Assembly: GCA_904063045.1 (NCBI GenBank)
Contig: CAJFCJ010000007.1
Location: 3,913,404 to 3,977,403, forward strand
DNA: 64,000 bases
DNA from: Dimorphilus gyrociliatus
Taxonomy: Eukaryota > Animalia > Annelida
Direction: 5' to 3'
Made by a program: the position numbers and the translations under genes. This document shows, in pieces, positions 14,982-33,630 of the stretch (within the stretch, counting starts at the first letter, position 1; every line of letters starts with the position of its first letter). The notes beneath the pieces are model-generated. The model saw only the letters and a program-made list of their open reading frames with translations. It did no database searches and was not told the origin of the DNA.

Positions 14982-16809
14982 CTGATGAAATTAAGTAATA
15001 TGTAATACATTAATATTCTAATAATGCATTCAATAAGGTATTTTTTTTTGACCAGGTGAAAAGATAATTCAGAATTTACCAGCTGATCTTTATTAATCAA
15101 TACTAAATACCGGAAACACATGGCAAACTAAAGAATCTTGTTTCTTCGAATTGTATCATTTATTTCATTCCAGTTTAATCAATAAAACAACCAGAAGATG
15201 TAAGAGAGCTTAATCGTAATCGGTTTTTGATTCTTCAAGCTAGAATAATCTTATTATCTCCTCAGAATTTCTTAATAAAACTAAGATTGTTAATTTATTC
15301 TTTTTTGTTTTGTCTTTTTAAATAGATTTCTGATATTAATGGAATTTCTTTATTTAATCCTATTCAAATATTTATTTAAAAACTAGTCATCATCTTCTCA
15401 AATGATTTATCACAAAAGAATGCTTTTGCTTTGTTTTTTGTAAAATCATTTACTGAATCGTACATCATTAGATCTTTAAATCCTATATTGATTTATCCAG
15501 TCATATGAAAAATATGAACGAGTAATTTAATGAATAATTATTACATTTTTCTATTTTATATCATATTAAAAAAAAAACACAGAGTTTCTTTAACTAAATA
15601 ATATAGTAGAAAAAAATATACTTTTTAATTGGCTTTATTAAACCTTTGATTATCTTCTAAAGACAATGTTTACCCACAGTCAATCCCAATTTAATGAACT
15701 ATTGTTATAAAGTTTAATACTCACCATTACAATTTCTTTTCCATTCTAAATTCTATTTACTTAAAAATTCAGATCAATATTAACGTTGTTTTCTTCTATT
15801 TCTCATCCCCTCCCCTCCCCCGTTCTCTTTTTTTTAAGAAGTTTGAATACAATAACATTTTTCAGTTTGTTTATATAAAAGTACTCAATACAAATATTAA
15901 ATAATACTAAAGATAAAGATATTATTTTAATAAATTTTTGTTGCTATAAAGGAGAAAATTTTGAAGAAAATCTTAACATTAGCTTTACTAGATAAATTCA
16001 TTTTAAAAGTATAGACAAACTAAAAGAATATTAGACCATTTCTCTTGTTTAACTGTTATATCGAACTTACATAAAAAAAGAATTTTTAAAGTACTCAATG
16101 TAATACTGTACAATAAAAAAAAAAGAACAGAATAATTAAAGACTTTTACATGACCTGGTCAAAAAAAAAGACAAAAAAAATATAGAAGCTATGTCTTTAT
16201 AAAGACTAAAAAAAACAATATGGCGAAAATTTTAACTAAGAATCTCATAGAATTTTAATGATAAATATAAATAATCATAAAAAAGACCTTTATAATTGTT
16301 AAAAATTTCGCAATATTTCATTAAATAAAGCATAAATTTCATTGATTAATAATAAAAATGATATAAGTTTCTTATATTATAATATTTATGTAGAAATAAT
16401 TAAATTCTTACTATGTAATCCATTCTCAACAGATGGTTTATTTTCGAAGGAAAGCTCTCTTTCAACCAACTTTCCTATTTGAGGAACAACTGTAACATAA
16501 AGAGTTAATTTACGTGATGCAATAATAGATTTATCATAACGTTTATTGCTTTACATACATAAATGTATGTATATATATAGACGTTCATATATACAGATGT
16601 AAATATATATATGTGCAAAAATACATCTATATATATATGTACATGTATCTGATGCAGTATATAAGGTAAACGTACACTGAATAGGATTAGTTTCAAAAAA
16701 GAATACAGAGGACACTGTTTCTGGTCATGTGACTGGTATAAAGGGGTCTCCACCACAAACAATGTCTAATCACCTCTTCTCAACCCTATAGCATCAAAAT
16801 AAGTTAAAA

Positions 16810-17420
16810 ATGGCTAATTTCTCCATCTCCGGCGAGAATTTGGACAATGTAGAAGACGTAAATGATGATAACAAACCGAAAAGTCGTTTTAAAGTAGAAC
16901 AAGTTAACGAATTGAGTTCAGAAAACCGAAAAAATGAATGGTCCGAAAAACCTTTAAGTTTTGCTGCTAAACGTGTGAGTAAGATAATATAAAATCTAGA
17001 CTGGAATGCACTAAAAAGATGACTTAGAACTGTAAAATAAGTAAGAACTGAAAACCTAGTTAATATTTGAAACTCTTCTAAAACGTTTTCTAAACATGTG
17101 TTAAAGGTAAAAAGAGTTACCAGGTAATCATCAATTTGTTATTATATTTATCAATAAAATAATAATAATAAAAGAATAAGGAATATATTATATAATAAAA
17201 AAATAGTTAAATGATCAGACTAGTAGCCAATACCATTCATATAGCAAAATAACAATCTTCTTAGTGTTTTGTGTGAAAAGAAGTATATTAATAAAGTTAT
17301 ATAAAATATTCAATACAAAAGAAGAAAACTATATAATAGTATACTGTATTTACAATATATATATATATATGTGTATGTTTGCATCCACATGCATTAATTG
17401 ATTTTCAACATGTCTATATA

Positions 17421-17463
<43 letters not shown>

Positions 17464-20400
17464 ATATTTATGATAAACTAGATTTTTGCATACGCAATCT
17501 TCAACAAAAAAAATTGCGTAGTGTCCATTGAAATTAAACTATTTGATATCAAGTTAGAATGAATAGATATTTTCATTGAATAGAGAATTTTTACTATTCA
17601 ATTCTATGGTATTTTTATGACAAAAACAGATATGTTTTTTCCTGTAAAGGGCTCACATAAATTTAAAATTTTTGTATAACAATGCTTTTTATGTTAAATC
17701 TTTATATTTAGAAATATTTAACTTCTTTTATAGAATAATTATGTTCTTTTTTATCTAGCTCATAAATAGTCAAAGTAGACCACGACAAATATCAACTAGC
17801 TCTTCTAGCCCTCCTTTGTCTCCTAATTTGAATGCTGAAAACAATTCATACGATACTGCAAACGCTAAGAATGCTAATCTGAATACACTAGAAACGCTGC
17901 CACATGTTGATCATTATAGAAATTTATTTTCTGCAAACGCTGTGAATCTTAAAAAACGACCTACTTTAGTTCAATTACGTGAAATGCAAGAGGAGTATGA
18001 TGCTGGAGTAGAAGGCGAAGCAATTGCATCCGATGATAAGCAGATGCAGGTCAGTTGAAATTGATAAGAATGTTTTTTTATTTATATGTTTATTTAACAG
18101 CCGAACGGACCAAATGGAGATGTGACAACCACGGCTATACAACAAGATGCTAAGCCAGTAAAATTCGGATGGATAAAGGGTGTTCTTGTAAGATGTCTAC
18201 TAAATATATGGGGTAAGTAACAAAACATACAAATACAGAGTATACTACTTTCTATTAAGTAGCGATAAAAGATAAAGAGGCTACTCAATTTCTCAGTAAA
18301 AGTTTTAAGAGAAAGATAAAAGTAGTTACATTGATTTAATCATTAAAACAACTAACAGTTGAAAGGAGAGAGGATGTAATAAAACGAAACTTTTTTTTAG
18401 ATTACTAATCTTACTCTCTCTCTCTCTCTCTCTCTCTGTCATTCTTTTTATAGATATCATACCTATAAATATACTTGATATTTTAACCTTAAAAGAAATG
18501 ACAAGGCATCATACGATATTATTAGAAACGTTGTAGAACTTTTTTATTGATTAACAAATATGAGAAAATATTCTCTTGCAATCATGATAAATGAAATTAT
18601 TTTAATATATCAAATATTATCATTTCATTATGCAAACTGTCCGAGCTTATCAACGTGTTGTATGATAAAGTTAAGAATTCTCTTAACAAAATATGTAATC
18701 TATCTCTTTTCTTCAGGGGTTATGCTCTTTTTGCGATTGTCTTGGGTTGTTGGTCAAGCTGGGATTGGATTAAGTATTCTTGTGATAGGCTTATCAGCTG
18801 TTGTTACAGTTCTAACAACTTTATCCATGTCCGCTATTTGTACAAATGGTCAAGTGAAAGGTGGAGGAGCGTATTATCTGATTTCTAGATCTCTGGGGCC
18901 AGAATTTGGAGGAGCTATCGGACTAGTGTTTTCTGTTGCTAATGCAGTTGCTGTTTCCATGTACGTTGTCGGTTTCGCTGAGACAATAAGAGATATTCTA
19001 AGAGATAGGAAATTACTTATGGTAGATGAAGTTAACGATGTCAGAATCATAGGTATCATTTATAATATAATATATGTCATAAAATAATAATATCTAATAT
19101 TTTGTACTGCACTCGTTAAAAGGATTGATTACCGTCGTCTTTCTATTGTGCATAGCCCTTATTGGAATGGAGTGGGAGGCCAGAGCTCAACTAATATTAC
19201 TTGTTATATTATTAATAGCCATGATCAATATAATCATTGGAAGTTTTATAAGTCCCTCTGATAGTAAAAAATCCAAAGGATATGTGGGTTATGGATCCGG
19301 CGTAATAAAAGATAATTTCAATCCAGATTTTAGGGATGGAGAGAATTTTTTCTCAGTTTTTGCCATATTTTTTCCAGCTGCAACTGGGATATTAGCAGGA
19401 GCCAATATCTCTGGCGATTTAAAAGATGCTCAGAGAGCTATACCAAAGGTAAATTGCATTATTGGCATCACTAAGACATATACTATTAATGTCTTTCATT
19501 TTTCTTTACAGGGAACTCTGTTGGCTATTTTAATAAGCTCAGTATCCTACATTGGTATGGCCGTTCTTGCCGGTGCAAGCGTTGCTAGAGACGCAACAGG
19601 AAATTTAAATGTAACAGAAAATATTACCGAATATTGCCAGCAATTTACATGCGAATTTGGTTTACAAAACGACATGCAAGTTATGCAATTAATTTCCGGT
19701 TTCGGACCATTAGTGATAGCTGGAACATTTGCCGCTACCCTTTCATCAGCTCTTGCAAGTTTAGTCTCGGCGCCTAAAGTCTTTCAAGCAGTTTCTAAAG
19801 ATAACATCTTTCCCTATATATCTGTGTTCGCTAAGGGCTATGGAAAAAACGATGAACCAAGATTGGCTTATCTTTTGAGCTTTTTTATAGCTGCTGGTTT
19901 TATAGCTATTGGTCAATTAAATTCAATTGCTCCGTTAATTTCGAATTTTTTCCTGATGAGCTACGCATTGATTAATTACTCATGTTTTGATGCATCATTA
20001 GCTAAAAGCCCCGGATGGAGACCGGGCTTTAAGTATTACAATATGTGGTCAGCACTCTTCGGTGCGTTGTTATGCCTATGCGTAATGTTTATAATTAAAT
20101 GGTGGACTGCTTTGATAACATTCTTTATAATTACTGGATTGTATATTTATGTTCATCATAAGAAGCCCGATATCAATTGGGGAAGTTCTACCCAAGCTCA
20201 TGTTTATAGAAATGCTTTAAATTCCACTCTAAAACTTGTCTCAGTGTTAGAACACATTAAAAATTACCGTCCTCAAGTATTCGCCTTAACAGGTATATTA
20301 CCTATTCGTTTAACTCTTTATATCGAACAAAAATAAACTTCTCATCTGTTTTTAGGTCATCCTATGTCAAGGCCAGACTTGACAAGATTTGCAGCTACAA

Positions 20401-21082
20401 TTACAAAAGATATAAGTCTTCTTATGTGCGTACATGTTATAAGCGGTGAAAAAGATTTCAGATCTAATAGTTCAAAAACTAAACACGCCTATGACTGGCT
20501 TTCCAAGAATAAAATTAAAGGCTTTTATAGTTGCGTTTGCTCAGAATCTTTAAGATCTGGTGTTTCTTCTGCCTTACAAACTTCGGGATTAGGCAAATTA
20601 AAACCAAATACTCTACTATTAGGTTTTAAAGGTGATTGGAAAACTTGCGATCAATTTCAGGTTAGATATTTATGGAACAAATCATCGAAATAATCTCAAT
20701 CTTTATTCCTTCTGTATTCTTTAGGTACACGAATACGTGAGCATTATACACGATGCTTTCGATCTTAGATACGGAGTTGGTATATTAAGAGTTGACGAAG
20801 GTTTCTATGTCAGTAACCTACCAATGCAATCTGAAGAAGGTAAATAGAAGTTCTTTATTATTTTTAAATATTTATATACAACACTTGTATTGTATATTAA
20901 TGTATTTATAGATACTTAAATAATTTATATTTATCAATCAGTATGCATGCTTATTGGCAATTTACTTTTTTCTTTTTTATCAATTAAGTAGTTCAAGCAG
21001 GGAGTACCATACGATATAAAGTGAAGAAAGGTTTTATTTTAATTCAGTTCTAATCTTTTTTTATATAAAATATATATAGGGA

Positions 21083-21122
<40 letters not shown>

Positions 21123-22563
21123 TTTTTTTTATAAGCTTCATATTGCTACCGCAAAAAAAGGGTTTGGTTTTGATGTAATAATTTTCATAAAAGCTACTTT
21201 TTTGTTTTTTTTAACTTTCAAAAAAAAAGGGGAAATTACATTCAATGGATAAATGGAACTGTTTTTTTTTTATATTTATCTTTTATCTATTCTGTTCTAT
21301 GTTTTTGCCATTTGCTTTCACTCTTCCCTTTTTTTGCCCTCCCTACCACTCTGTCAATCTATCAGTATATCACTTTCGTAATTAATGTATATTGTATATA
21401 AACTGTTTTAAGTACTTGCATATGATGAATATGTTGTATATTGACTATACATATAGTATATGCATTTTAGGAATATACAGCAGATAATATATAAATAGAT
21501 ATGTATATAATTGTAGATATTAATAATATTTCATTCATATGTATACAGTAAATAGCAAATAATTGTTTGTCAGGTGGAGTTGACGATGAAAAAATTCTTT
21601 TAAAAGAACAAGATGGCAAAGAAAACAATGAAGGATCTCTTCCAACCAGTCGGAGTACAAGTCCAACACCAAGACAATCCGTTTGTGCACCAAGATATAT
21701 CACATCCCGTGAGTTGTAATTTCTTAATCGATCAGAATTTGTAACGGCTAATATTATATTTTATTACTTTGAATATTTCTAGGTCAATTGGCTAAAGCAG
21801 CTAAGAAGAATGGAACTATTGATGTTTGGTGGCTCTTCGACGACGGCGGCTTAACTTTACTAATCCCCTATTTGCTATCTGGTCATTGGAGAAACTGTAA
21901 ACTCAGAGTTTTTGGTGCTGCATCTAGAAAGGGAGAGCTTGATAGGGACCAACGTAGTCTGGCAACACTATTAAGCAAATTTCGCATCGACTACGCTTCC
22001 ATTAAAATAATAGCTGATATCGGAAGGACACCTTCCGCTGATGGGTGCGTGTCATTAATTCAAGTCTTTATTGCGATTATTAATCATTGTTAATATATTT
22101 ATACAGAATTGCTAGATTCAACGAACTTATTAAACCTTGGATGCTAGAACCTGGTGAAACTCCTGAATCTCATCCTTGGAAAGTGTCCGAAACCGTCTTA
22201 AATACACAAAAGGATAAAGTTGGTTTTATGAATATTTTTTTTACTTTGAATAATACAAGTTATATGTATAATTAAATTCAGACATATCGACAAATTCGTT
22301 TAAGAGAACTTCTCCAAGAGCATTCTAGTAGTGCCAATTTAATTGTTTTGTAAGTATTAGTTATAACTAGTAAACGCAGTTATTAATTTAAATTAATAAA
22401 CTTTCTATATTTTACTGTTTTTATTAGAACTCTACCTATGCCTAGAAAGAGTATTGCGCCCTCTGGACTTTATATGTGTTGGCTGGAAACGATAACCAAG
22501 GATATGCCACCAATACTATTACTCAGGGGTAATCAAGAGAGCGTTTTAACATTCTATTCTTGA
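16810..22563 (+). CDS. SLC12A2: Na-K-2Cl cotransporter (SLC12A2/NKCC1-like), multi-exon
   Basis: RFKV SPAK/OSR1 motif, [90 protein letters not shown], and the end [12 protein letters not shown] (TGA 22561-22563). Confidence 0.95.
17425..17459. repeat. (TA)n microsatellite in NKCC intron 1
   Basis: Read directly; a shorter TA run lies at about 17355-17370. Confidence 0.9.
21087..21119. repeat. (TG)16 microsatellite followed by a poly-T tract in a long NKCC intron
   Basis: Read directly; it lies just downstream of a candidate 42-nt cassette exon. Confidence 0.95.
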
Positions 22564-23095
22564 GATAATTTGCTCATATTTCCTTCTCTACTAAAAATTT
22601 ATTTAAAAGGTGTTCATTATCACATTCAAGGAAGAGAGGGAATATCTTTCTTGAAAATTAATCAGATTTAATTTTTTGCTCATGTTTTTACTGTCTGAAA
22701 AATTTGTGAGAATTTAAAATGCATTGTTTTTTTTTTCAAGATTATTACAGTACCAATAGATACAAAATATATATATATATATATATATAGTTTGTGCATG
22801 TAAAATTTATATTGAGGTGGTAGACTGAAAAAAAAAGCTAAAGAACAATATTAATAAAAAGTTATTGACATATATAAGTTTTTCTCGGTTGTAGAATGAT
22901 TAATATCATTTCATTCATTCATTCTTTTTATTCTGTTTAGGATTAATAGAATTAATTAAGAGAAAAAGATAAAATTCAAATGAAAAAGATATACAGAGAA
23001 AAATAATACTCTAAAAATTTTGACAATATCAACAATCTCATTTAAAAATATGATACTAGAATTGAATTAGTTTTCAATTGAGAAAAAATAATAAT

Positions 23096-28293
<5,198 letters not shown>

Positions 28294-28871
28294 TGCAGTA
28301 ATGAGAAAGTTGCCGATTCGTTTTATGGGTGGCGCCACTACGCATCTTCGAAAACTGAAGGCTTATATTGATTCATTTTTATTCCTCGTTGCAATGTTGT
28401 TTTAAAACAAATTTGCTTTTGTTGATCACTTTGAAATTATCGTAAGCAATTCTATTGACTAGGACTTGCTAAATCTTAAAAGATTCTAAAGAACAATCTG
28501 AAAATGGGAGTACAAACCACGCTAATATGGTAGTAACTAAAACTAGAGCATAACAAGGCGGAGGCGTCTATGCTTTAGGGGTGAAATTAGCTTTTTCCAA
28601 AGTTGTTGAGGCTCTACTTTTAATGATTAGCTGTCAAGTAAACATTTCTCTTTGGTTAAAAGTGGCTTTGCCGATGGTAATTTACAATGTGATTTATTCA
28701 TTATAAAGATGATCAACAGTAAATACATTATTTCAAATTTGAATTAATTTACAATAATTTATTTATGATTCCTATTATTATCGTTTCGTAAGATAATGAA
28801 ATATTTAGTGAAAAGCATTGTATATGATCAGAAGCATTATTAGTAGATGAAATGTTCTAATAGAATTTTAT

Positions 28872-31800
28872 ATGGCTGGAGGAAAGGGCCAAATAGAACG
28901 AATTCATAATTTGATAAAAGAAACATCATCACATTGTAATTCGGAAGTTTATCAAAAATTAAATCTTTTGAATGATAAGAACACTGGCTCGTCAAGTTAT
29001 TCGACTTCCGGTTGCAATATAAATATTCCATCCTCTACGAATATAAATGAAATCTTAAAATTAAAATTTAATCCAATTTCGAAACTTCAACAGCGTAACA
29101 CTTGTTCTAGAGAGAACGAGAGAATAAACGATAAGAATGAATGGAAAAGAACAGTATTACCTATAGAAAAGAATCCTCTTATTAAGCACTTAACCGTGTC
29201 ATTTGAAGAGTTTGAAAGCTTGATAAATGAGACTTCTTACGTAGATTTCTTAAACGTCTATTTATCATTACCAATTTGGCCTAGAAGAGTAGTTTATAGT
29301 TTACAAGATAAAAGTTTTGACATCGAACATTTAATTTCCACAAAAAATCGTTATAATTTCAAGAAAAAAGTCCTAAAATGGATATATCAGTATAGATTGC
29401 CAAGCTTTTACAATAGCGACATCTTCCTGTATTGGAAGCTATCACAACAAATTCTAGCGATATCTTATAAGAATTTTACAATTTGTCAAGATTTATCAAA
29501 AGATTTACTACAAAAATTCAAAAGTTTTAGCAATTTTAAACTATTCTACGAGGAATCAAGTTCCGGAAGATTGTTTTTACTTTGGAAAGACATAGAGAGA
29601 TTTCTAAACACAAGGGATATAGTTATAAAAAAATGCTTGTATGCTAAGTTACAATGCAGATACTTTAACGTAAATGATGATCAATTACGGGATTTGTGGA
29701 CAGAGTCTTCAAAACTAATTCATACAAGCACGTTTGAAGACGATGGATTTCTAAAAGCACTTGAAAATCTTCAATGTAGTATAATTAGTAATCTTTGTAA
29801 TTATTGGTTACCCAAGTATTTATTACAAAATGAAGTAAAAGTTTACAATAATCTAGTAAGTGTTGTCCTATAGAGAATTTAACTTAACGATTGTTTTATA
29901 GGAATAAAATGATAATTTAATAATGTCAATACTTTAAAGGAAAGCCTTACTTCAACTTATTCAATAAATGATGGCGACTCAGCTGCAATAGAAAGAGATA
30001 AAATAAAACATTCTATAGATTCTACTGTTAGTTTAAATCTTTCCTTAGAATAATTTTTTTTAATAGATAAATGTTATCTTTTGATAATAAAAAATACAAA
30101 ATAAAAAGGATTTCGCACTGGATGGGATAACACGTGTACTCTCATATAGTGGAAGAGATCGTTCTTCCCGTACATCTAAGGACAATTTCGACTTACCGCC
30201 AATTATTATACATCAAAGTAGAAATTCTCAAGATCTTGTGCAGTCTAACCCCTTTCCAATTGACGAATCTGGTGAAATTTTGACAAAAGCTTTAGAATAT
30301 AGGCGAAAGAACTTGTCATTAGTGGTCGCCCTAACTATTGATTACGAATCAGGCAATGCCTTTGAATCGTGGCTTCATGATATAAATGCCCAGATCTACG
30401 TTATTGCACTTAGACTCTGGAGATCATTAGAAATGTATTTAAGTGTTAAGAAGTCCAACAGTTGGCTGATAACAGCCTCTAAAAAAGAAGCTTATGAAAT
30501 GCTGATTCAATACTCTGTATTAACTAAAAGTATTTTACCAAAAGATTTAGGTCTTATGCTGTCATTCTTGCTTATCCATTCAAGAGATCCTCCAATATTC
30601 CTTTATAGATATATTCAAAATAGATTGGCACAAATTCTTAAAGAGAAGTGGCAACAGTTTAACAAGAGGGATGTTATAGATTTCCATAGAAACTTGTCAA
30701 TCAGCAGTCGTGAATACGAAGGTAAACGAGAAGGAACGACTCAAAAGAGAATAACGAAAGCATTAGAATCATTAAATAGTTTATCTGAATACGGTTATTT
30801 ATTAAATTCATTGTTTAAATATGAAATTAATTTTAGAAAATTTGCAAAATGGCGTAGATTTGAAAGATTTTCAAGAGTTGCACGAGGAAAGTCGTACGAA
30901 CAAAATGCTCAGTTTAACTTTAGCGACATCAGCCAATAATCGCAAAAAGTCTCCTTCTAAGAAAGGTTGTTAAATTCTTATTTTACCTAATAACTTTATA
31001 ATGGTTAAATTACAGCCATCTCCCTGGGGAATTATATGATAAAGGCAGAAAAGACCCCTACTCTAATGCAAAACAAAGATAGTAGCAATATATTTGAAAG
31101 TATAAAGAATGATAAAACATTTATAAAACTTAATTATTCTGGTGTTGAAAATTCTATCAACCGTCCTAAAACAAAGTCAAAAAAATGTATGAACAAATAT
31201 AGTACTATACGAAATATTTCATCTAAAAAACCAATATCTCACGAGTCATTGAATATCATGATGAGACCAAATGCTGAGGGCATCCTAAAGTACTCTGCAA
31301 AGATGTATGAAGCTAAAAATAAGTTGAAGTATGAAAAAAAGGATACTGGTACATTTCAACTTAATTCTACTAGAAGTCATCAAAAACTAGGTTGGATAGC
31401 TTCAATTAATTGAAAAAATCATCGCTTATAAATAAAAATATATATATTCAAATGCAGGTCTATATGTAAAAAGTTTCTATTCAAATGCAGGTCTATATGC
31501 AAAAGATTTCTATTCAAAAGAAGTGAATATTGAATTTTTTGTTCAGTTTTTTTTGTCGTAAAAATTTTTAAATATAGGCGAATAGTTCATTGACGAGGGT
31601 CGTAGAAATTAAAAAATTACATTCATTTCTCATCTCGAAGAATAAACGAAAGAAAGTGAAACTTACTAAACGATATCTATTAAACTTCGGAAAGACTGTC
31701 AAAATTTTTAAAACTAGGAATTCATTCAAGAAAAAGGCTTTTCTACTATGTGCCCTCTTTTCAACCTTGAACACGTATACCTCTCGTAATAAAATGCTTA

Positions 31801-32449
31801 AATATATAATACAAGAGATAAGTAACACAGTTTCTTTAAAATTATTATCAAAACTCTTAACAAGGACTTGTTACACGTTGTCAGTGTTAGCTCAAAAGTA
31901 TTCAGTCCAAAACCATCAGCAAGCAATTCACTTACATTAATTGAAGGATCAAGAACTAGAATTCAGGTCGGTTCTAAGCACATTTTCAAAGAAAAGCTAC
32001 TGAACGATTTGGAATTTTTGGCTGAGGTTCTTCGCTATAACTATTTGTGGAGTGCTTTTCGAGCTTTAGAAGACGCAAAATGTTCAAAGAAGGAAATGAT
32101 AAATATAATTCGCAATAAATGTATAATGATAACGAACAGATTCTTTCAATCCTCTATCGAGCCCAGACTTCAGGTCAATGTATCTGAACCTATTGTTAGT
32201 GCAATCGTAAAGATTTATAGGAAAGAAGATCCTAGTCCAACGATATTTTCAGAAGCATTTCATAGCATCCTCCCTCACTGTGCTCGTCTATGGAATCAAT
32301 ATAACAAATACTTATCCAATAATCCTAATACTCTACAATCTCCCTACTCTTGCAGGGGCTTCAATAAGATTTTAACAGGTCGAGAGCAATACCTCACATT
32401 GGAACGAGAAAAGCAAATTGATTCATCTTTGACAGTTAACATAATTTAA
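28872..32449 (+). CDS. RGS22-like multi-RGS-domain protein (multi-exon; some junctions uncertain)
   Basis: FEEFESLINETSYVDFLNVYLSLP and KWIYQYRLPSFYNSDIFLYWKLSQ resemble the RGS22 N-terminal repeats (FLVDYFNEFLSLP; KWIKKERLPAFLESD). There is an RGS-like C-terminal QVNVSEPIVSAI...TIFSEA. Confidence 0.7.
31445..31518 (+). repeat. 33-bp tandem duplication (2.2 copies) overlapping a small RGS22-like exon
   Basis: TATTCAAATGCAGGTCTATATGTAAAAAGTTTC / TATTCAAATGCAGGTCTATATGCAAAAGATTTC / TATTCAAA. Confidence 0.9.
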
Positions 32450-32567
32450 TAATCTCTTTAATATGATAGAGTATAAAGCTAACAATAGAATTAGTATATT
32501 AGTTTCTCATATAAACTCTATGTATTGTAACTTTGGATTATAAACAGCTTTGTTACAAATATATTTG

Positions 32568-33477
32568 TTACTGTTGGGATATATAGAAGCGATAGAGGAG
32601 TGCAGAGCCGATGGCGATAGAGAGAGGGATAAGCCAAGCTGTCCAACTTCTGTGAAAGTAAACAATATAGTTAGAAGAGAGTTTAAAAATTTTTCAAAAT
32701 AACTAACCCTGTAGATGAAGTACCTTCTGGCAAGTAAGTTGATGCCTGGTTTCAAAAAATGGCAAATATAAATCACACTAAAGCATGAGATAAGAGCACG
32801 AGTTAGAGTCACCGTCACAGTTATTGCACTTGTACTACTTAGGCCTAAATATTTCTCCTAACTATCATAGAACCCTATGGTATAAAATTACCAGTATTTT
32901 AAGTCAGCATCAACTCAGACAACAGCTAGATGTGCTCTGATTTAAGTTTAAATAATTAGTCTTTGTCACATGCTATATAACGTTATATTAATGAGGAAAC
33001 ATAATTCACCTTTTCCTCTCGGGTTTCTTTATCTGAATCAGTTAAAATTCCGATTTCATATTTTTCCATTAATTCTCGAGCGTCAACAGAATGTCCAACA
33101 TCCTCAAAGCTTTCTGTTGCATATCCACCTCCCTGTTCAAGCAGAACCTCTTCTCCACCAGGATGCTAAAAGAAATTAAAAAAATATAAATAATAGCTAT
33201 TTTATCTGATTTTTTTCTAAATTGGTAGTCAAACTTTATTTATATACTATGCATTGGTTTTAGATTATCCTACTATACTTCAAAGGCATGACTTTCACAA
33301 CATGATATATTCGTTCAAAGTCTACTCAAATTACCAGTCGTATGATTTAAAAAGGTCACATACCTCTTCCAAAAATTTAGTTACATCATAAACTTTGTTA
33401 TGAATTGCCATCCAACAGGATTTTCCATCTTTATGTTTTTCCAATTCTGCAAGTGTAATTTGGCGGGCTTCGGACAT
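32568..33477 (-). CDS. CYB5: Cytochrome b5, tail-anchored; exons 33477-33363, about 33165-33010, 32745-32708, about 32643-32568
   Basis: Missed by the ORF track. [38 protein letters not shown]|[39 protein letters not shown]...|...|[26 protein letters not shown], with HPGG and GHS haem ligands and a typical C-terminal anchor. Confidence 0.95.
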
Positions 33478-33572
33478 CGTTGCAGAATGAAAGCTCTTTC
33501 TAAAGTGCTCGTTTATTGACTGAGAGATTGAAAAGGTTTTTACGTGTTTCCGGTGAGCCTCTTTTTCGAAAT

Positions 33573-33587
33573 AACGTCACTTCCGGG
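33573..33587 (-). promoter_or_regulatory. Overlapping ETS-CRE composite motif CCCGGAAGTGACGTT in the CYB5/MATCAP divergent gap
   Basis: The plus strand reads AACGTCACTTCCGGG, a 13-bp exact match to the CCGGAAGTGACGT composite known from vertebrate proximal promoters. Confidence 0.55.
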
Positions 33588-33615
33588 TGTATTTGGAAAT
33601 GCCGACTATTTCATT

Positions 33616-33630
33616 GTTTACATTGGTAAC
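33616..33630. promoter_or_regulatory. X-box-like (RFX) motif GTTTACATTGGTAAC upstream of MATCAP
   Basis: Perfect RGYAAC half-site with a degenerate 5' half, about 170 bp before the ATG. Confidence 0.3.

Noticed and set aside
16505-16762. 85-aa minus-strand ORF and similar I/Y/F-rich ORFs (21467, 25238, 27125, 56464)
   Set aside because: They are translations of TA or CT microsatellite and AT-rich noncoding DNA.
19449-19511. Stop-free 3n introns in NKCC (63 nt) and HID1 (49738-49818, 81 nt) read through by the ORF track
   Set aside because: They interrupt conserved protein motifs, so they are true introns. A rough estimate gives a few such introns by chance among about 80.
32507-32818. 103-aa minus-strand ORF with a hydrophobic stretch
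   Set aside because: It is an out-of-frame read across cytochrome b5 introns and exons 3-4.
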